DNA of 32,000 nucleotides, from assembly GCF_000018105.1 (NCBI RefSeq), contig NC_009925.1:2910001-2942000 (forward strand), read 5' to 3'. Positions 1-9,920 of this stretch are shown piece after piece (the first letter of the stretch is position 1; each line of letters opens with the position of its first letter). The notes below the pieces were generated by a model. It did not search any database. It was not told where the DNA came from and worked only from the letters and a program-made list of their open reading frames with translations. Both the position numbers and the translations under genes were made by a program. The stretch comes from Acaryochloris marina MBIC11017 (GTDB lineage Bacteria > Cyanobacteriota > Cyanobacteriia > Thermosynechococcales > Thermosynechococcaceae).

Positions 1-2704
1 CCGTTAATTTGGGCGGATCGCCTGGATCTTCCGGTTTAGCAGGCTGAGGCTGATCTACGGCTGGATCATATTCTTGGCGTAGGGCAGGGAAAGTACATTG
101 GGTAAAAATTTGTGGTCCCAAACATTGGCAGTTCTCTTTACCCTCATCACTCAACTGTTCTCGCGCGTCCGTCGATAGTTGCCAGCAAGAATCTCCTGCA
201 ATATCTTTGCCCACTTCAGACAGGGTAATTAAACTTTCATAGGGCCAGCGAGTAACCGTCAGCTGACTCAGGACTTGTCCTGGCGTGCCCAGGGAATCCA
301 GAGAGATAATGGCCCCAGAAAAAGTGATTTGAGGGAGTAAGAACAGAATCGTCAGCAAAGGTGCCACACTCTGGTTAGGAGCCAAGGCAGAGACAGACAG
401 ACCCATCACCATGCCCCCCAAGGTAGCCAAGAAAAGGGTGATATACATGCCTAGGAGGCCATGCCAATCGATGGGCAAGTTCACGGCCAAAACCTTGGTC
501 AGCAGGAAGATAGCGGCTTGGTACAGAGCTAACAGGAGGCTCAGCCAGACCTTGGAAAATACATAGGGCAAAATCTTGAGCCCAATCATCCGTTCGCGTC
601 GATAGATCTCCCGTTCCTTGACGATCTCCCGCATCATCGCCAAGCTGCCAACCATCACAGCCGTCAAAACCGTAATAAAGAGCAGCGTGAACACCTGCCC
701 CGGATCACCCTTGGTGGCATCAAACATGGGGCGCTGCCACATCACGAAATCTAGCAGGCCCAAAATGGGAGCTAATGCCAGCATTAAAATCAAGCTAGCC
801 CGATCTTGACGCAGAATGGTCCAATTGCGCTGGGCCAGAATCGCAAACTGCCGCCAACCTGAAATAGCCGTCGTTCGCGGCTGAGGGGGCTTAGATTTTG
901 CTTTTTGGGGCGTGGTGGGAACGGATAAACTGGCCTGACGCTGAGTGATATAGGTCTGATAGAGGGTGGACTGGCGGTATTGCTGTTCCCAGATTTCTGG
1001 CGTTTGCTCTCCTTCTATTTTGAGGTAGATTTCATCAAAATCCTCTACTCCAAAATAGGTCAAGGCTTCAGCCGGGGGACCAAAATAGGCAATCCGCCCT
1101 CCCTTCGCCAAAAACACAACGAGGTCACAAACCATGACATTTTTGGTGGCATGGGTGATCAGAAGAATGGTTCGCCCTTGATCCGCAAGCCGCCGCAGTA
1201 ACCGCATCATCAAGGTTTCAGTCCCCGGGTCTAGCCCCGAAGTGGCTTCATCCAAGAAAAATAAACTGGGCTGGGTTAATAGCTCCACCCCAATCGAGAC
1301 TCGTTTGCGTTGACCACCACTTAAGGAGCGCACGCGCAGATGCTCCCGTTCCCGCAGCTCTAAATCTTGAAGCACAGATTGAATCTGCTGTTTACGTTCG
1401 GCTCGCGTTACATCAGCTGGAAGCCGCAGACGCGCTGCATAATCTAGAGCCTGGCTCACGGTCAGCTCCCGATGAATAATATCGTCTTGGGGAACGTAGC
1501 CTAGCTCTGTGCGAAAGAGGTTGAAGTTCTTATATAAATCCTGGTCATTGACCAAGACGGAGCCACTCGTAGCAGGGCGAAGTCCATTTAAAGCATCCAG
1601 AAGGGTCGACTTGCCCGCTCCACTCACCCCCACTACTGCGACAAACTCCTGAGGCAAGATCGATAGGGAAATATCGTTTAAAAGAATATTTTTCTTGCTG
1701 GTCACCTTACTCAGGTGCACCGCATCAAGGCGGAGGTTGCCTGAATCATTCTGCTGAATCAGGGTTTCATCAAAATTAAAGACAAAGTGATAAGGGCCAA
1801 TGCGAATCGTATCGCCTGGGCGGAGGGGTTGGGGATTGCGGAGCTGGCGACCGTTTACGTAGGTTCCATTCGATGAATGGAGATCTTCGATCACCCAGGT
1901 GCCGCTTTTGAGGCCAATTTGGGCATGAAACCGGGAGACCACAGGATGATCAATCACGGTAGTATTGCGTGGATCACGACCAAAACTCAGACTTTTCAGT
2001 TCCCGCAAGACGAGGGTTTCGACCTGCTCAATGACATCCGTTTGCGGAATCACCTGATAGGTCAACGTCACCTGATCTTCAATGGAGAAAAAATCGCCAT
2101 CCTGCAGCGCTTTCTCTTGAATTCGATCGCCGGCAAAGGTGAGACCGTGAGGACTGTCTAAATCTCGAATGGTGTATGTCTCATTCTCCCAGTTCAATTG
2201 GGCATGGCGATCAGCCACCACGGGTAAGTCAATGACAATATCACACTGGGGATGTCGGCCCAGGGTCAGGGTTTCTTGGTTGAGGGGAAAGTCCTGGGTC
2301 CATTTAGAAGTGGTGACTTGCAAAACGCGATCGCAATGGGTTTGGCTAACCACAGTTCCTGGCAAAGCAGACTCATGGGGAAATACGCCCGTGCCTAGGG
2401 TTTCCCGGAAATGAATGGTGGTACCACCCATCTGAATTTCATCCCCAGGATGGAGTTTGATCGGTTCTTTAGAGACGAGGGGTTTCTGATTGATGCGAAG
2501 TATCTCTGGGTTACCCAACACCTCCAGAACGTAATGATCGGCCTGCCACACAATTTCAGCCTGGTGCGGCAAAATCGATCCATGTTCTAAGACAAGGGAA
2601 TTATCTGGATCAGACCCAATACTAAAGGTGGCTTGTGTTAACCGAAATTCTCGATTGTTCTCGTCGCCATCAGTAATGACATGAAGCTGAGCAGAAGTAG
2701 GCAT
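1..2704 (-). CDS. ABC transporter, fused ATPase-permease (ABC-2/ABCG-like), with three tandem N-terminal FHA domains. The 3' end runs off the left edge of the window.
   Basis: Absent from the ORF track because there is no stop codon inside the window. Hand translation of the minus strand from the ATG at 2704 (upstream in-frame stop at 2747-2749) gives MPTSAQLHVITDGDENNREFRL... Three FHA-like units are visible; the last reads ...SFGRDPRNTTVIDHPVVSRFHAQIGLKSGTWVIEDLHSSNGTYVNGRQL..PGDTIRIG (~1790-2010). Walker A GVSGAGKST is at 1604-1630, the ABC signature LSGGQ at ~1310-1324, and Walker B LFFLDEATSGLD at ~1232-1264. Hydrophobic permease-like segments lie below ~830. The frame is still open at position 2. 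Confidence 0.85.
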   Translation of the reverse strand, partial: MPTSAQLHVITDGDENNREFRLTQATFSIGSDPDNSLVLEHGSILPHQAEIVWQADHYVLEVLGNPEILRINQKPLVSKEPIKLHPGDEIQMGGTTIHFRETLGTGVFPHESALPGTVVSQTHCDRVLQVTTSKWTQDFPLNQETLTLGRHPQCDIVIDLPVVADRHAQLNWENETYTIRDLDSPHGLTFAGDRIQEKALQDGDFFSIEDQVTLTYQVIPQTDVIEQVETLVLRELKSLSFGRDPRNTTVIDHPVVSRFHAQIGLKSGTWVIEDLHSSNGTYVNGRQLRNPQPLRPGDTIRIGPYHFVFNFDETLIQQNDSGNLRLDAVHLSKVTSKKNILLNDISLSILPQEFVAVVGVSGAGKSTLLDALNGLRPATSGSVLVNDQDLYKNFNLFRTELGYVPQDDIIHRELTVSQALDYAARLRLPADVTRAERKQQIQSVLQDLELREREHLRVRSLSGGQRKRVSIGVELLTQPSLFFLDEATSGLDPGTETLMMRLLRRLADQGRTILLITHATKNVMVCDLVVFLAKGGRIAYFGPPAEALTYFGVEDFDEIYLKIEGEQTPEIWEQQYRQSTLYQTYITQRQASLSVPTTPQKAKSKPPQPRTTAISGWRQFAILAQRNWTILRQDRASLILMLALAPILGLLDFVMWQRPMFDATKGDPGQVFTLLFITVLTAVMVGSLAMMREIVKEREIYRRERMIGLKILPYVFSKVWLSLLLALYQAAIFLLTKVLAVNLPIDWHGLLGMYITLFLATLGGMVMGLSVSALAPNQSVAPLLTILFLLPQITFSGAIISLDSLGTPGQVLSQLTVTRWPYESLITLSEVGKDIAGDSCWQLSTDAREQLSDEGKENCQCLGPQIFTQCTFPALRQEYDPAVDQPQPAKPEDPGDPPKLT

Positions 2705-2931
2705 AACGGGCCAAGGATAGAATGGAAGCGATACATTTAAAGGCAGTCATACAAAAGCCTAGGCTATTTTTCGCCCGAAATGGAGATAATCTTCCCAGCA
2801 GATTGAGCCCCCTCAACCATAACGGTCACTCCTAATGGCTCCAGGCAATGTCAGCATCGACAGGCTATGATTTACCATCAATCAGGCCAATCTTCACCCA
2901 GGTCTTGCGCATCACAACTCCATCACCCAGG

Positions 2932-2940
2932 GTTTTGATC
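2932..2940. repeat. Left copy of the 9-bp target-site duplication GTTTTGATC
   Basis: Identical 9-mer immediately outside both IS ends. Confidence 0.8.
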
Positions 2941-3999
2941 GGCGTTGTTGCATGAATAGGTGCTGCGGATTAGGCGCGGGCTAGAGTTTATGTACCACCA
3001 AAAACCGCTAGCCCATGAGTTACCAAATCCGCAACTGGTCCGAGTATAACGCTGGTCTCAAACAGCGGGGAAGTGTGACCTTCTGGCTCGAACAATCAGC
3101 TATCGTTCATTGGCTAGAAACCACACCGAGACAAAAGCGGGGAGCCTCTCTGACCTATAGCGATACAGCAATCTCCACCTTCGAGACCGTCAAATGTATC
3201 TATGGTTTAGCAGGGCGTCAAACCGAAGGATTTCTAAATTCATTGTTTGAGTTGATGGGAATTGAGCTTCCCGTTTGTGACCACAGCACCGTCTCTCGGC
3301 GGAAAGGTCAGCTATCGATTTCATTGCCCGTTATACCTAAGCAAGGTGCCATTCACGTCGTTATCGATAGCACAGGGGTCAAAGTCTATGGTGAAGGAGA
3401 GTGGAAAACCAGGCAACATGGTGTGAGCAAACGTCGGACGTGGCGTAAACTTCACTTGAGTGTTGATGAGTCCACTGGAGAAATTCTCACGGGTGTCGTG
3501 ACAACCAATGACGTTCAGGATGGTGAAGTGTTTGAAGATCTCCTTGAAGGCATCGACGATGAGATTGAACAGGTCTCTGCTGACGGAGCCTATGACCAAA
3601 GTCATTGCTATGATGCCCTCATGGAGCGCAATGCCACAGCTGCAATTCCCCCAAGGAAGAATGCCAAAATTTGGCAACATGGAAACTGCAATGCTCCACC
3701 CCATCCACGAGATCAAAATCTCAGAGCCATCCGAAAACAGGGACGAAAGAGGTGGAAAAAACAAGCCCACTATCATCGGCGGTCTCTAGCTGAAACGACG
3801 ATGTTTCGCTTCAAAACTATCTTTGGGGGTCAGGTACGTTCCCGTAACTTTGATAATCAAGCCACAGAGTTACTCCTGCAGTGTGCGGCACTCAATCGAA
3901 TGATTCAGATCGCCAAACCCGAGACTGTTTGGGTTGAAGCTTAAGAATAACGAGGAGAGGCAATTCATCTAGCCTTTACGCGATTCATGCAACAAAGCC
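2941..3999 (+). mobile_element. Intact insertion sequence, IS5 family (IS903-group-like), 1059 bp
   Basis: Terminal inverted repeats are GGCGTTGTTGCATGAATAG (2941-2959) and, as reverse complement, GGCTTTGTTGCATGAATCG (3981-3999), matching at 17/19 positions. They are flanked by a perfect 9-bp direct repeat GTTTTGATC (2932-2940 and 4000-4008). A single 309-aa DDE transposase ORF fills the element. The size, 9-bp duplication and IR sequence resemble IS903 as I recall it. Confidence 0.85.
3015..3944 (+). CDS. IS5-family DDE transposase (IS903 group)
   Basis: 309-aa ORF. The N-terminus NWSEYNAGLKQRGSVTFWL is typical of IS5/IS903-type transposases. The ORF is bounded by the IRs. Confidence 0.9.
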   Translation: MSYQIRNWSEYNAGLKQRGSVTFWLEQSAIVHWLETTPRQKRGASLTYSDTAISTFETVKCIYGLAGRQTEGFLNSLFELMGIELPVCDHSTVSRRKGQLSISLPVIPKQGAIHVVIDSTGVKVYGEGEWKTRQHGVSKRRTWRKLHLSVDESTGEILTGVVTTNDVQDGEVFEDLLEGIDDEIEQVSADGAYDQSHCYDALMERNATAAIPPRKNAKIWQHGNCNAPPHPRDQNLRAIRKQGRKRWKKQAHYHRRSLAETTMFRFKTIFGGQVRSRNFDNQATELLLQCAALNRMIQIAKPETVWVEA

Positions 4000-4008
4000 G
4001 TTTTGATC
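4000..4008. repeat. Right copy of the 9-bp target-site duplication GTTTTGATC
   Basis: Identical 9-mer immediately outside both IS ends. Confidence 0.8.
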
Positions 4009-4254
4009 GACTATTTTTTTACCGCCTTAACGAACATCATTACTCCTTTTCAGCAAGATAAATCCGCAATTTGGGCCGGTGTTGTTGACTGCTGGATAAA
4101 CGGGGATAAGGAGGGCTGAAGTCGCAGAATATAAAGGTATTCTGTAGTTCACCTAAAGACTCAGGCCATTTTCAGAATGCCTTCTTAAGATGGGAGGTAT
4201 CAAGACAGAGCCACCCGCAACAGGGCCGTCTGTCACCCATTATGGGGACCTCAA

Positions 4255-5328
4255 ATGAATAGTTCTGACAGCACTTCCCTTGAACTAAGTTACGATTTTG
4301 CGCTTGACCGGGACTGCACGACCTTGTCTCGTCATGTTCTAGAACATCTCCAAAGTTTTAGCCCAGAAGCCCAAGATATGAGTGCTCTGATGACTCGAAT
4401 TGGGTTGGCCGGGAAACTGATTGCTCGCCGCCTCAGTCGAGCGGGGCTTGTAGAAGGCGCTTTAGGCTTCACAGGCGATATCAATGTCCAGGGCGAAGAA
4501 GTCAAAAAAATGGACATCTATGCCAATGAGGTGTTTATTGCCGCCTTTAAGCAGAGTGGTCTGGTATGTCGGCTCGCCTCTGAAGAAATGGAGAAGCCTT
4601 ACTACATCCCTGAAAACTGCCCCATTGGTCGGTATACCCTGCTATATGACCCCATTGATGGGTCTTCCAACGTGGATGTGAACTTGAACGTTGGCTCTAT
4701 TTTTTCCATTCGCCAGCAAGTCGGTAACGATCCCGACCATACAGGTCAGGATCTCTTACAAGATGGCCATCAGCAAATTGCCGCAGGCTATATTCTGTAC
4801 GGTCCCAGTACCGTCTTGGTGTATTCCATTGGCAAAGGGGTCCATGTTTTTATCCTTGATCCAAGCCTGGGAGAATTTATTCTGGCTGCTGAAAACCTGA
4901 CGATCCCTAAACATGGTCCAGTCTATAGCGTCAATGAGGGGAATTTCTGGCAATGGGAAGATGCCCTCCGGGACTTTACTCGCTATGTTCATCGCCATGA
5001 AGGCCATACGGCCCGCTACAGCGGGGCTTTGGTGGGAGATTTTCATCGCATCTTATTTCAAGGGGGTGTGTTTATCTACCCCGGCACCCTGAAAAATCCT
5101 GATGGTAAGCTGCGACTGCTCTATGAATCGGCCCCCTTAGCCTATTTGATGGAGCAAGCGGGCGGACGAGCCAGTATAGGCCAATCTCCTTTAATGGACG
5201 TGGTTCCCGATCATCTTCATGCCCGTACGCCTTTGATTATTGGCAGCACTGAGGATGTGGCCTTAGTTGAATCTTTTATTGAAGACAGAGAAAGACAGGC
5301 GGAAGAAGAGCTTGCGCTGAAGTCCTAA
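4255..5328 (+). CDS. fbp: Fructose-1,6-bisphosphatase, class 1
   Basis: 357 aa. It carries ...[19 protein letters not shown]..., [10 protein letters not shown] and the GSxxxRxxYExxPLAxLxEQAGG-type C-terminus characteristic of class I FBPase. It is the first gene of the fbp-tal-zwf-opcA arrangement known in cyanobacteria. Confidence 0.93.
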
Positions 5329-5372
5329 CGGCAGAACCTACCCTTATTACTCGATCGATTACGGAGTTTCCT

Positions 5373-6518
5373 ATGACAAACCATCTCCTCGAAATCAGCA
5401 CCTTTGGTCAAAGCATTTGGATGGACAATCTCAGCCGCGATTTAATTGAATCGGGAGAGCTGAAGCAGATGACCCAAGATCAAGGCATTCGCGGGATCAC
5501 CTCTAATCCGGCTATTTTTGAAAAGGCAATTGCGGGCAATGCTACCTATGATGCCGACATCGAAGCCGGGATCAAAGCGGGCAAGTCGGTTCTGGATATC
5601 TATGAGTCTTTGACCTTTGATGATATTCGCAATGCCTGCGATATTTTCAAGCCCATTTATGACCAAACCCAAGGGCTAGATGGTTACGTCAGCATCGAAG
5701 TGCCGCCTAATATTGCCAACGATACTCAAGCCACGATTGAGCAAGCGCATCGGTATCATCGGGAGATCGGTCGTGACAATGTCATGATCAAAATTCCGGG
5801 CACACCTGCAGGCTTACCTGCTGTGGAACAGGTGATTGCCGATGGTATCAACGTCAATGTCACCTTACTCTTCTCAGTCCAAAGCTATATTGATACGGCC
5901 TGGGCCTATATTCGCGGCTTAGAAGCACGGGTTGCCAAAGGCGAAGATATTAGCCAGATTGCGTCCGTCGCCAGCTTTTTCCTTAGCCGCATTGATTCCA
6001 AGGTAGATGGGCTAGTCGACGCCAAACTCAAAGCCCTCAGCCCCGATCAGTCTCATCTGGCCACCCAAATTGCTCAGGTGAAAGGCAAAGTTGCGATCGC
6101 AAATGCCAAGATCGCGTATCAAGAATACAAAAAGATCATTCAAACCGACCGTTGGAAAGCCTTATCAGCCCAAGAGGCCAATATTCAACGCCTCCTGTGG
6201 GCCAGCACCAGCACCAAAAATCCAGAATACAGCGACGTCATGTATGTGGATGAGCTCGTGGGTCCTGATACCGTCAACACCTTGCCTCCCAATACGATTC
6301 AAGCCTGTGCCGATCACTGCGATGTTGACAATCGAGTGGAGCAGGATATGGAGAATGCCTATGAGACAATCTCAAACCTCTCCAACTCTGCTATCCATAT
6401 CGACCTCGACCAAGTGATGAATGAATTGTTAGCGGAAGGCATTGATAAATTTGTGCAGCCCTTCAGTTCATTACTGAATTCCTTAGAAGAAAAGGTCAAG
6501 CAGTTGACCACCGTTTAG
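5373..6518 (+). CDS. tal: Transaldolase
   Basis: 381 aa. Motifs GQSIWMDNLSR, GITSNPAIFEKAI and MIKIPGT (catalytic Lys region). Confidence 0.93.
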   Translation: MTNHLLEISTFGQSIWMDNLSRDLIESGELKQMTQDQGIRGITSNPAIFEKAIAGNATYDADIEAGIKAGKSVLDIYESLTFDDIRNACDIFKPIYDQTQGLDGYVSIEVPPNIANDTQATIEQAHRYHREIGRDNVMIKIPGTPAGLPAVEQVIADGINVNVTLLFSVQSYIDTAWAYIRGLEARVAKGEDISQIASVASFFLSRIDSKVDGLVDAKLKALSPDQSHLATQIAQVKGKVAIANAKIAYQEYKKIIQTDRWKALSAQEANIQRLLWASTSTKNPEYSDVMYVDELVGPDTVNTLPPNTIQACADHCDVDNRVEQDMENAYETISNLSNSAIHIDLDQVMNELLAEGIDKFVQPFSSLLNSLEEKVKQLTTV

Positions 6519-6639
6519 GCCTGACGACTCGCCCTTAGCCTAGGGGATTGGGCGTTACCCAAACGTCGAAGTGCGCTAGTGCAAAGGGCTGACTTTCACC
6601 GTTTCCAAGTTCACCTATTTCCCTTTGTTTGCCCAGCCT

Positions 6640-8169
6640 ATGGTTACGCTTGCTGAAAATCCGCTCCGCGTCGGTCTACGCCAAGAACGCACACCAGAGC
6701 CTCTGATTATGGTGATCTTTGGTGCCTCTGGTGACCTCACCCAACGGAAACTAGTCCCTGCCCTCTACCATCTGAAACAACAGCGCCGCCTGCCAGCGGA
6801 ACTAACCATCGTCGGTGTTGCCCGACGGGAGTGGAGTGATGATTACTTCCGGCAACAGATGCGCGAAGGGATTGAAGAATTTTCGGATGGGATTCAGTCG
6901 GAAGAGGTCTGGAATAGCTTTGCCGAAGGGTTATTTTATTGCCCTGGCAATATGGACGATCCCCAAGCCTATCAAAAGCTGAAAGCTCGTTTAGAAGAAC
7001 TGGATGGTCGTCGCGGCACCATGGGCAACCGGGTGTTTTATCTGGCGGTATCTCCTAAGTTTTTTGCGGAAGCGATTCAGCAACTGGGAGCCGCCCAGAT
7101 GTTGGCGGATCCCGTTAAAACACGGCTAGTGATTGAAAAGCCCTTTGGTCGGGATTTAGGATCAGCCCAATCCCTTAACAAGGTTGTACAAGAGGTCTGC
7201 GCCGAAAACCAGGTCTATCGCATTGATCATTACCTGGGTAAGGAAACCGTTCAGAACTTGCTGATCTTTCGGTTTGCCAACGCCATTTTCGAACCCCTAT
7301 GGAATCGACAGTTTGTTGACCATGTTCAAATTACCGTGGCGGAAACCGTGGGGGTAGAAGAGCGAGCAGGCTATTACGAAACCTCCGGTGCCCTGCGGGA
7401 TATGGTCCAGAACCATATTATGCAGCTGCTTTGCCTCACGGCAATGGAACCCCCGAACTCCTTGGATGCCGATGCAATTCGCACAGAGAAAGTCAAAGTG
7501 GTCCAAGCCATGCGCTTGGCAGATATCCATAACCTCGAGAATTCTGCTATTCGCGGCCAATATACCCAAGGCTGGATGAAAGGCGAGCAGGTGCCGGGCT
7601 ATCACCAAGAACCCGGTGTAAGTCCCAAATCCACAACGCCCACCTATGTAGCCTTGAAGCTGCTGATTGACAACTGGCGCTGGCAAGGGGTGCCCTTTTA
7701 TCTGCGCACCGGTAAACGTTTGCCCAAAAAGGTGTCCGAGATTTCTATCCATTTTCGCCAAGTACCATTCTTAATCTTTCAATCTGCTGCCCAGCAGGCA
7801 AATCCCAATGTATTAGCCATGCGTATTCAGCCTAATGAGGGAATCTCCCTACGATTTGAAGCCAAAATGCCAGGGCCAGACCTACGGACTCGTTCTGTAG
7901 ATATGAACTTTAGCTATGGTTCCTTTTTTGGCCAGTCTACAGGGGATGCCTATGATCGCCTCCTCTTAGACGCTATGCTCGGCGATCAAACTCTGTTTAC
8001 CCGCGGAGATGAAGTTGAGGAGTCTTGGCGGGTGTTAACGCCTGCCTTAACGGCTTGGGAAGAGCCTACAGATCCTGCCCTAGTGCCCACCTATGAAGCT
8101 GGGACTTGGGAACCAGAAGCTGCTGAGCTATTGCTTAACCGCGATGGTCGGCGCTGGCGACGACTCTAG
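6640..8169 (+). CDS. zwf: Glucose-6-phosphate 1-dehydrogenase
   Basis: Motifs GASGDLTxRKLxPAL (NADP site), RIDHYLGKE and the EKPFG motif. The ORF track begins at TTG 6625. The in-frame ATG at 6640 ([13 protein letters not shown]) fits cyanobacterial Zwf N-termini better. Confidence 0.92.
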   Translation: MVTLAENPLRVGLRQERTPEPLIMVIFGASGDLTQRKLVPALYHLKQQRRLPAELTIVGVARREWSDDYFRQQMREGIEEFSDGIQSEEVWNSFAEGLFYCPGNMDDPQAYQKLKARLEELDGRRGTMGNRVFYLAVSPKFFAEAIQQLGAAQMLADPVKTRLVIEKPFGRDLGSAQSLNKVVQEVCAENQVYRIDHYLGKETVQNLLIFRFANAIFEPLWNRQFVDHVQITVAETVGVEERAGYYETSGALRDMVQNHIMQLLCLTAMEPPNSLDADAIRTEKVKVVQAMRLADIHNLENSAIRGQYTQGWMKGEQVPGYHQEPGVSPKSTTPTYVALKLLIDNWRWQGVPFYLRTGKRLPKKVSEISIHFRQVPFLIFQSAAQQANPNVLAMRIQPNEGISLRFEAKMPGPDLRTRSVDMNFSYGSFFGQSTGDAYDRLLLDAMLGDQTLFTRGDEVEESWRVLTPALTAWEEPTDPALVPTYEAGTWEPEAAELLLNRDGRRWRRL

Positions 8170-8211
8170 ATCTTTGAATATGCGCACTTAGTTCTCCATT
8201 TTCTTCGCCCT

Positions 8212-9564
8212 ATGACTACAAAATCTGCTCCCATCGTCTCTTTGCAAGCCCCAAAAGACGTTTCGCTCAATGATATTAATGCTGAATTAAGTAAGATTTG
8301 GACCAGCTACAATTCTTCAGGCAATGGCGGCATGTTCCCCACGGCGACTCGGGCCGCCACTTTTAGCTTAGTTGTCTATGAACCAGAAGAAACTCAGCAG
8401 CTTTTGGCCGCATTAGGGTTCTACACTGGCCCTGTAGATGGCATTTATGGTCCACGAATGGAAGCCGCTTTACGATCAGCCCAAACGAAGTTTGGATTGG
8501 CAGAAACCGGCAAGCCGAATTCTGAAACCCTGGCTAAACTACGCCAGGCTATGACCGAGCAGCAAATCAGTCAGACTCAGGATGATGGCTATGTTTTGGA
8601 TGCCGGGGGAGCGGGTATTGCGGACGCGATCGCAAGCCAAAGTCCTTGTCGAGTCATTTCCCTATTCCCCATGGGTGGAGAAGATGAAGGGGTATCCGCC
8701 CAGCTGTCCGCCTACTGTCCGGTCAAAAAACAGAATCGCAGCTCTCTGATTTGCTGTGAGTATATTTCTCTTAAAGGCACAGAAGTGGCCCTAGATCGCG
8801 TAGGAGGTCTCGTTCAGTCTTTAATGATCGGTGGACTCCCTAAATTTTTGTGGTGGAAAGCCGTGCCTGCCGCCAATATGGAGCTGTTTCAGCGGTTAGC
8901 CACGTCCAGTACGGCTGTGATTGTTGATTCCAGCCAATATCAAGAGGCTCAATCAGAACTGATTAATCTGCAAGAATTAATGTCTCAAGGGACCAATATT
9001 GTTGACCTTAACTGGCGGCGGTTAGCAGCTTGGCAAGAACTAACAGCCGAAGCCTTTGATCCACCTGCTAGAAGAGCAGCGCTCGGTGAAGTCGATCGCG
9101 TCACCTTAGATTATGAGAAAGGTAATCCGGCCCAAGCGCTGATGTTTTTAGGTTGGTTAGCAAGTCGCCTGCAATGGCAACCGGTTGCCTTCACGTCTGA
9201 AGGCGGCGACTATGATCTCAAACGCATTCAATTCGTCAATTCAGAGCAGCGCACGATTCAAGCAGAATTGGCAGCGATACCGACCCAACCTGGAGAAGTA
9301 GCCGGAGACTTAATTGATTTAAAACTGGCGTCTACCAATTTACAGGCCGATTGTTGTACAGTTCTGTGCTCTGAGACCCGAGGCTGCATGCGCATGGAAG
9401 CTGGGGGCGGAGCCCAATCCTGCCGGATTCAGCACGTCACACCTTTACAAGATCAATCTTCTGAGACTTTGCTCAGCCAACAATTGCAGCGCTGGGACCA
9501 AGACGTTCTATATTCAGAAAGTCTTGCCATAACAGCGCAGATGATCAAGCTTGCAGCGAGCTAA
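8212..9564 (+). CDS. opcA: OpcA, glucose-6-phosphate dehydrogenase assembly/activator protein
   Basis: 450 aa, immediately downstream of zwf. The N-terminus is OpcA-like (PIVSLQAPKDVSLNDINAELSKIW...TRAATFSLVVYEP). It contains an inserted PG_binding_1-like segment (see findings). Confidence 0.88.
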   Translation: MTTKSAPIVSLQAPKDVSLNDINAELSKIWTSYNSSGNGGMFPTATRAATFSLVVYEPEETQQLLAALGFYTGPVDGIYGPRMEAALRSAQTKFGLAETGKPNSETLAKLRQAMTEQQISQTQDDGYVLDAGGAGIADAIASQSPCRVISLFPMGGEDEGVSAQLSAYCPVKKQNRSSLICCEYISLKGTEVALDRVGGLVQSLMIGGLPKFLWWKAVPAANMELFQRLATSSTAVIVDSSQYQEAQSELINLQELMSQGTNIVDLNWRRLAAWQELTAEAFDPPARRAALGEVDRVTLDYEKGNPAQALMFLGWLASRLQWQPVAFTSEGGDYDLKRIQFVNSEQRTIQAELAAIPTQPGEVAGDLIDLKLASTNLQADCCTVLCSETRGCMRMEAGGGAQSCRIQHVTPLQDQSSETLLSQQLQRWDQDVLYSESLAITAQMIKLAAS

Positions 9565-9617
9565 CTCTCTCTCAAGGTTCTCATCCAACACTGCTGGGAA
9601 CACTTCTTAGCCCAACA

Positions 9618-9920
9618 TCATGCTGTTAAGGGGTAAAGCTGAGCCATCCACATATCTGCTGGATCACTGTAATACTCAATTTCATCAACCTGAAATTTGA
9701 GGGGTCCGTCGGGACTGGCAATCTCAATATAATCGCCTGGACGAACCGCAGGACTTTGAGCCGTCATATAGCTCACTGACGTATCGGCGGTCGTTTCGAG
9801 AAAAAATTCGGTTCCTTGCTGCCCCTGATGGTATCGGTGAGTTTTGTGTCTGCATGCTGGCCGTTTTTGATCAACAAACCATTGCCTGAGTTGGCCATTC
9901 GGATAAATGGATATTCCCAT
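9618..9920 (-). CDS. Hypothetical protein; start uncertain (an alternative ATG at 9767 would give 49 aa)
   Basis: 100-aa ORF. Only the C-terminal half (VRPGDYIEIASPDGPLKFQVDEIEYYSDPADMW) looks protein-like. No family recognised. Confidence 0.35.
   Translation of the reverse strand: MGISIYPNGQLRQWFVDQKRPACRHKTHRYHQGQQGTEFFLETTADTSVSYMTAQSPAVRPGDYIEIASPDGPLKFQVDEIEYYSDPADMWMAQLYPLTA

Noticed and set aside
3321-3776. 151-aa ORF antisense to the IS transposase (and the 93-aa alternative-frame ORF at 3508-3789)
   Set aside because: It lies entirely inside the transposase gene, has no family resemblance or RBS, and is typical of a shadow ORF. The transposase frame explains the region.
4009-4254. 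NtcA (GTA-N8-TAC) site upstream of the fbp operon
   Set aside because: The nearest candidate, GTATTCTGTAGTTC, ends in TTC rather than TAC. No convincing box is present in the segment left between the IS and fbp.
7297-7761. 154-aa ORF antisense within zwf. Similar shadow ORFs occur within fbp, tal, cbiA, spp, MFS (14772-15278), kinase, recJ, hisD and psbA (18382-19377).
   Set aside because: All are fully overlapped by well-supported genes on the other strand or in another frame, and their sequences are low in complexity or improbable.
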